Source: Phoronis australis
Lineage: Eukaryota > Animalia > Phoronida
Direction of reading: 5' to 3'
NCBI GenBank assembly: GCA_002633005.1
Contig: NMRA01000351.1
Coordinates: 22,792 to 86,791, forward strand
Length of the DNA stretch: 64,000 bases
The translations under genes and the position numbers were made by a program. A model generated the notes under the pieces. It ran no database searches. It saw only the letters and a list, made by a program, of their open reading frames with translations, and was not told the DNA's origin. Positions 60,893 to 64,000 of the stretch are shown in pieces. Position 1 is the stretch's first letter, and each line of letters begins with the position of its first letter.

Positions 60893-62795
60893 CCTTCCTT
60901 GAGGAATTTTTATATTCTGCTCTGTTTATGCTCTCCTGATACTTACAGTGTATTAATGCCTAGTTTTGTAGGACAGGACAGAATTGTGTGGCAGTAAATG
61001 TCGGATCCAACTGAATTGAGGGATTAAATTAGAGTTGGTTGAAATCTGATTTTTGCTGAAGTGGAGTGCATGTACCAGTTCGGTAGAGTAACTGTATCGG
61101 CTAGACATTTCCCTTTTATGTCACGGTGTGATTTTACTGTGTGATGGTGATATTTTGGCATAAATCAAAACTTTATTGTTTGAAGTGGTTACAGTATCTC
61201 AATGTGTTGTTTCTGTGCGAACATTTTTTGTTGTCCTGTTCGTTCTGGATGGCCAATCAGATTGAAGTGTGCTTGTTATTGACAGAAAAAAATCTGCTAT
61301 TCCGTACATCATGGTTGGATAAAAGCTGTACATTTATTGGTGTAAAAATTAATATCGGTAAAAACTAATAACGCGAACGCCTTTTTAAATGTCTATTTCC
61401 TCTTACATACATGTATTGCAGTCGTCGTGTTGTTTTACAACAGAGTCTATAACTCAACTGTTTGAACTGTGAGACCATGTCGTTTCAAACTGTACAAACT
61501 ACTACACCACGCTAAGATGAATTAGGTACTAGGACAAGTAATATCAGACAGTTAAAGAAAAGTAGCGTATCACTGAAGTATTTTTTTCTTAAGACACCTC
61601 AGCACGCCTTACTTGCGTTTTATTTTTGAAAAAAGTCTGCATATGGACGTAATTATTATTCCTTGGTATAACCTGAAGTAGACAATTCCAATCCCATTTC
61701 GGGAATTTGGGTCTGTGCAAATGCATACTTCGACCGCCGACTTCGGCAGCCCAAGCAGTGGTGTTTACAGGCACACGCGGCTAACCGATGTATATGTGCG
61801 TGTCTTTCCAACTAGTGCAGGGTGTTTTTGGTGTCTTTTGCCCATTCTTATTTTTTCATTGAAATACTTAATGTTAACATATCAGTTTCTATAACTCTAT
61901 CTTTTTACAAAATTTTGCTCACAACTTTTATTCAAACTGGCCTATGCCCTCACTTCCGAATATGCATATGTATAGTTCCATTGGTCAATTATTGCATACT
62001 ATGACACAACTTTACATGCACGCATACTACTGTTTGTATGCGCATCGATTTTCATGGGCTTCTATACATTTTTCCACTTAGTGTTCAAGTGCTTCACACG
62101 AACACATGCCTCAAATCCTTTTGCTAAAATAAATCAAGTGACGTCGGATCAAGGAATTTTTAGACGCAGACTTAAAACTGTGGGAATGCAATGATGTAAT
62201 GGCTCGCCGGACAGCGCCTCCCATGGCCTTGACAGTTAATCGTTTTGTCGGTTTATAAACAACTGAAAATGGGTTCTATACAATTATTACGACGAAAATA
62301 CCACGTATAATAGCACGTAGTATAACGGAAATATTTTCCAAACTGTATACATTTCAGTGATTGTCTTTTCGACTGAGCCGGCAAAACCTCCCAGGCCCTA
62401 GCAGCAATCCGTGAGAATTTCAGCCAAAGTGATTAGGAATTTTGTCCTTGCAATGGCTTAGTGTTTAAAATTTCAAATTTTATTCTGAAAATTTCCCGGA
62501 TTCCTTAAGGCCACCGTGCTTTTGTTTACATAGCGTTCACCATCAATATGGCGGACCGCGTGTCACGCGCTTTCTGGCTTGCGAGTACAGTCGTGCCGTC
62601 TCCATATATAGCTCATTGGAGTGATCCCTAGGTAATTCTAACTGACAAATTGAAGATGATAAAATAGACTGTCTCCTAAAAGTAAAATTTAGCCACTACA
62701 TTATGAAAATTTCACATTATTAGGATAAGATGTTTGTTCATAACTTCATTGATATTTTCGTTTAACCGTATGCATGGATTCGTTTGTGTTTTAGA

Positions 62796-63293
62796 ATGGA
62801 ACGGGTGCTCAGCATCGTAACCCTTCTAGCATTACTGTTCTGTGCAACCATACCTTCAAGCCACTTGAAAGTTGCTTTGACTGCCCGAGCCAAGACTAGA
62901 GAAACTGTGCTGTCCCAATGCGGAGACGACATCTGGTGTCAGAAGTTCTGTCCCTATCTACACCATTTATTTGAAAGTTCATTGACTGAACCGATGGCAT
63001 GTACTTTAGGCATGGGACAGGAGGTCAATTGTGACCAGAAGTGGATGTGCGCCACCTGGTGTCCATTTATATATACGGAAATTGATGTGCCCGAAAAACC
63101 TAAAGAATGGGATATCTGTTTAAACGGAAATATGCCGGAAGGTTGCGAAAACGACAAAACCTGCGCCCCCGTGTGTCGTGCTATTCATGAGGACTATGAG
63201 GTAAGACGGACGAAGAGTCTTCCTTACGAAACCGCTAGTTCTTTAGTACTAGTGAACGCAACTTTTCTCTCGCTTTTCGTCTTTCTTTTCTAG
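62796..63293 (+). CDS. Uncharacterised secreted Cys-rich protein (165 aa unspliced; exon may end at 63200)
   Basis: ATG directly after a TTTTAG acceptor; signal peptide MERVLSIVTLLALLFCATIPS; three C-x5-C-x3-C repeats; strong phase-0 donor GAG|GTAAGA at 63200/63201. Confidence 0.7.
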   Translation: MERVLSIVTLLALLFCATIPSSHLKVALTARAKTRETVLSQCGDDIWCQKFCPYLHHLFESSLTEPMACTLGMGQEVNCDQKWMCATWCPFIYTEIDVPEKPKEWDICLNGNMPEGCENDKTCAPVCRAIHEDYEVRRTKSLPYETASSLVLVNATFLSLFVFLF

Positions 63294-63763
63294 CCTCCAA
63301 AGTTTATATTGCTAACCAACTTCGGTTCTTTTCTCAAGAATAGCGTTTTTCTTTTTTATCACTGTAATAATGTCGTGGGTCCGCAGTCGGCGATCTCCAT
63401 GGACGAGACGGTCTCGCTACCTGGTGACTGAACGGCAGCATGACGTAAGCCTTTCCATTTTGAGCCGGAGTGGATTCGACGTTCTGCGCCACTAACCTAG
63501 TGCGGGCCATTACTTCCGAGTCTGTCCTTTTCGCTATTTCCGAGTTTGTTTTGGTAGGATACGGCGTCCGCGAAACCGCTCCGAGGTTCGTTAATTAAAA
63601 GTTGGCAGTTGTGTTCCTGATGAGAAGACCGCGGTTGACTTTGATTTTTCTCCGGGCTCGACTACTTTGGAGCGCCTCTAGTGCGACGTTTTCCATCTGA
63701 GGCTGCACCCTGTTAACCATTGGCAGGATCTTTTTGAAATTTGACAGATGTGTACCTATGAAG

Positions 63764-64000
63764 CATGCGCGCACCCACTCCAGCCTTCGATAATGGGGGG
63801 CTCGAATTCCTGACGTTGTAGACCATTTGCTAACAAAAGGGCTGGAGGACTAAAAAAAAAAAAAAACGGGAGCCCCTCTGTGAACTGCGACTTTGCGGTT
63901 ATTTAGTGGACTTCAGTCCCATGTTCTCGGACTTTTTGTCTCTCGGGGCGGACCTTTTTGCCCACTTCGCAAATTGGGGGGGGGGTCGTTCGAACCCCTG
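63764..64000. mobile_element. Second CATGCGCGCACCC MITE, runs off the window end
   Basis: Collinear with 60630-60870. Confidence 0.85.

Overview
Repeat-dense animal genomic DNA, probably from a bilaterian invertebrate (inferred from spliceosomal introns, CTCF-like motifs and the transposon spectrum). It has small N gaps at 2270-2278, 18262, 34010 and 38321. The host content is the 3' half of an HSD17B7 (3-ketosteroid reductase) gene, six GT-AG coding exons on + from 23853 to 53558, and an unrecognised secreted Cys-rich protein gene at 62796. Most of the rest is nested transposons. There are several TTAA-flanked Kolobok elements with convergent THAP-transposase and KolX (P2X7-ballast-like) remnants, and a 6-kb foldback element with satellite-like arms and an apparent 2-bp TSD. 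Also present: Tc1/pogo elements, hAT-like MITEs with 5-6-bp TSDs, Helentron-type elements with a CTCF-like motif in each tandem unit, a decayed LINE, tRNA-derived SINEs and minisatellites. All calls come from manual reading with no searches run; approximate boundaries are marked as such.
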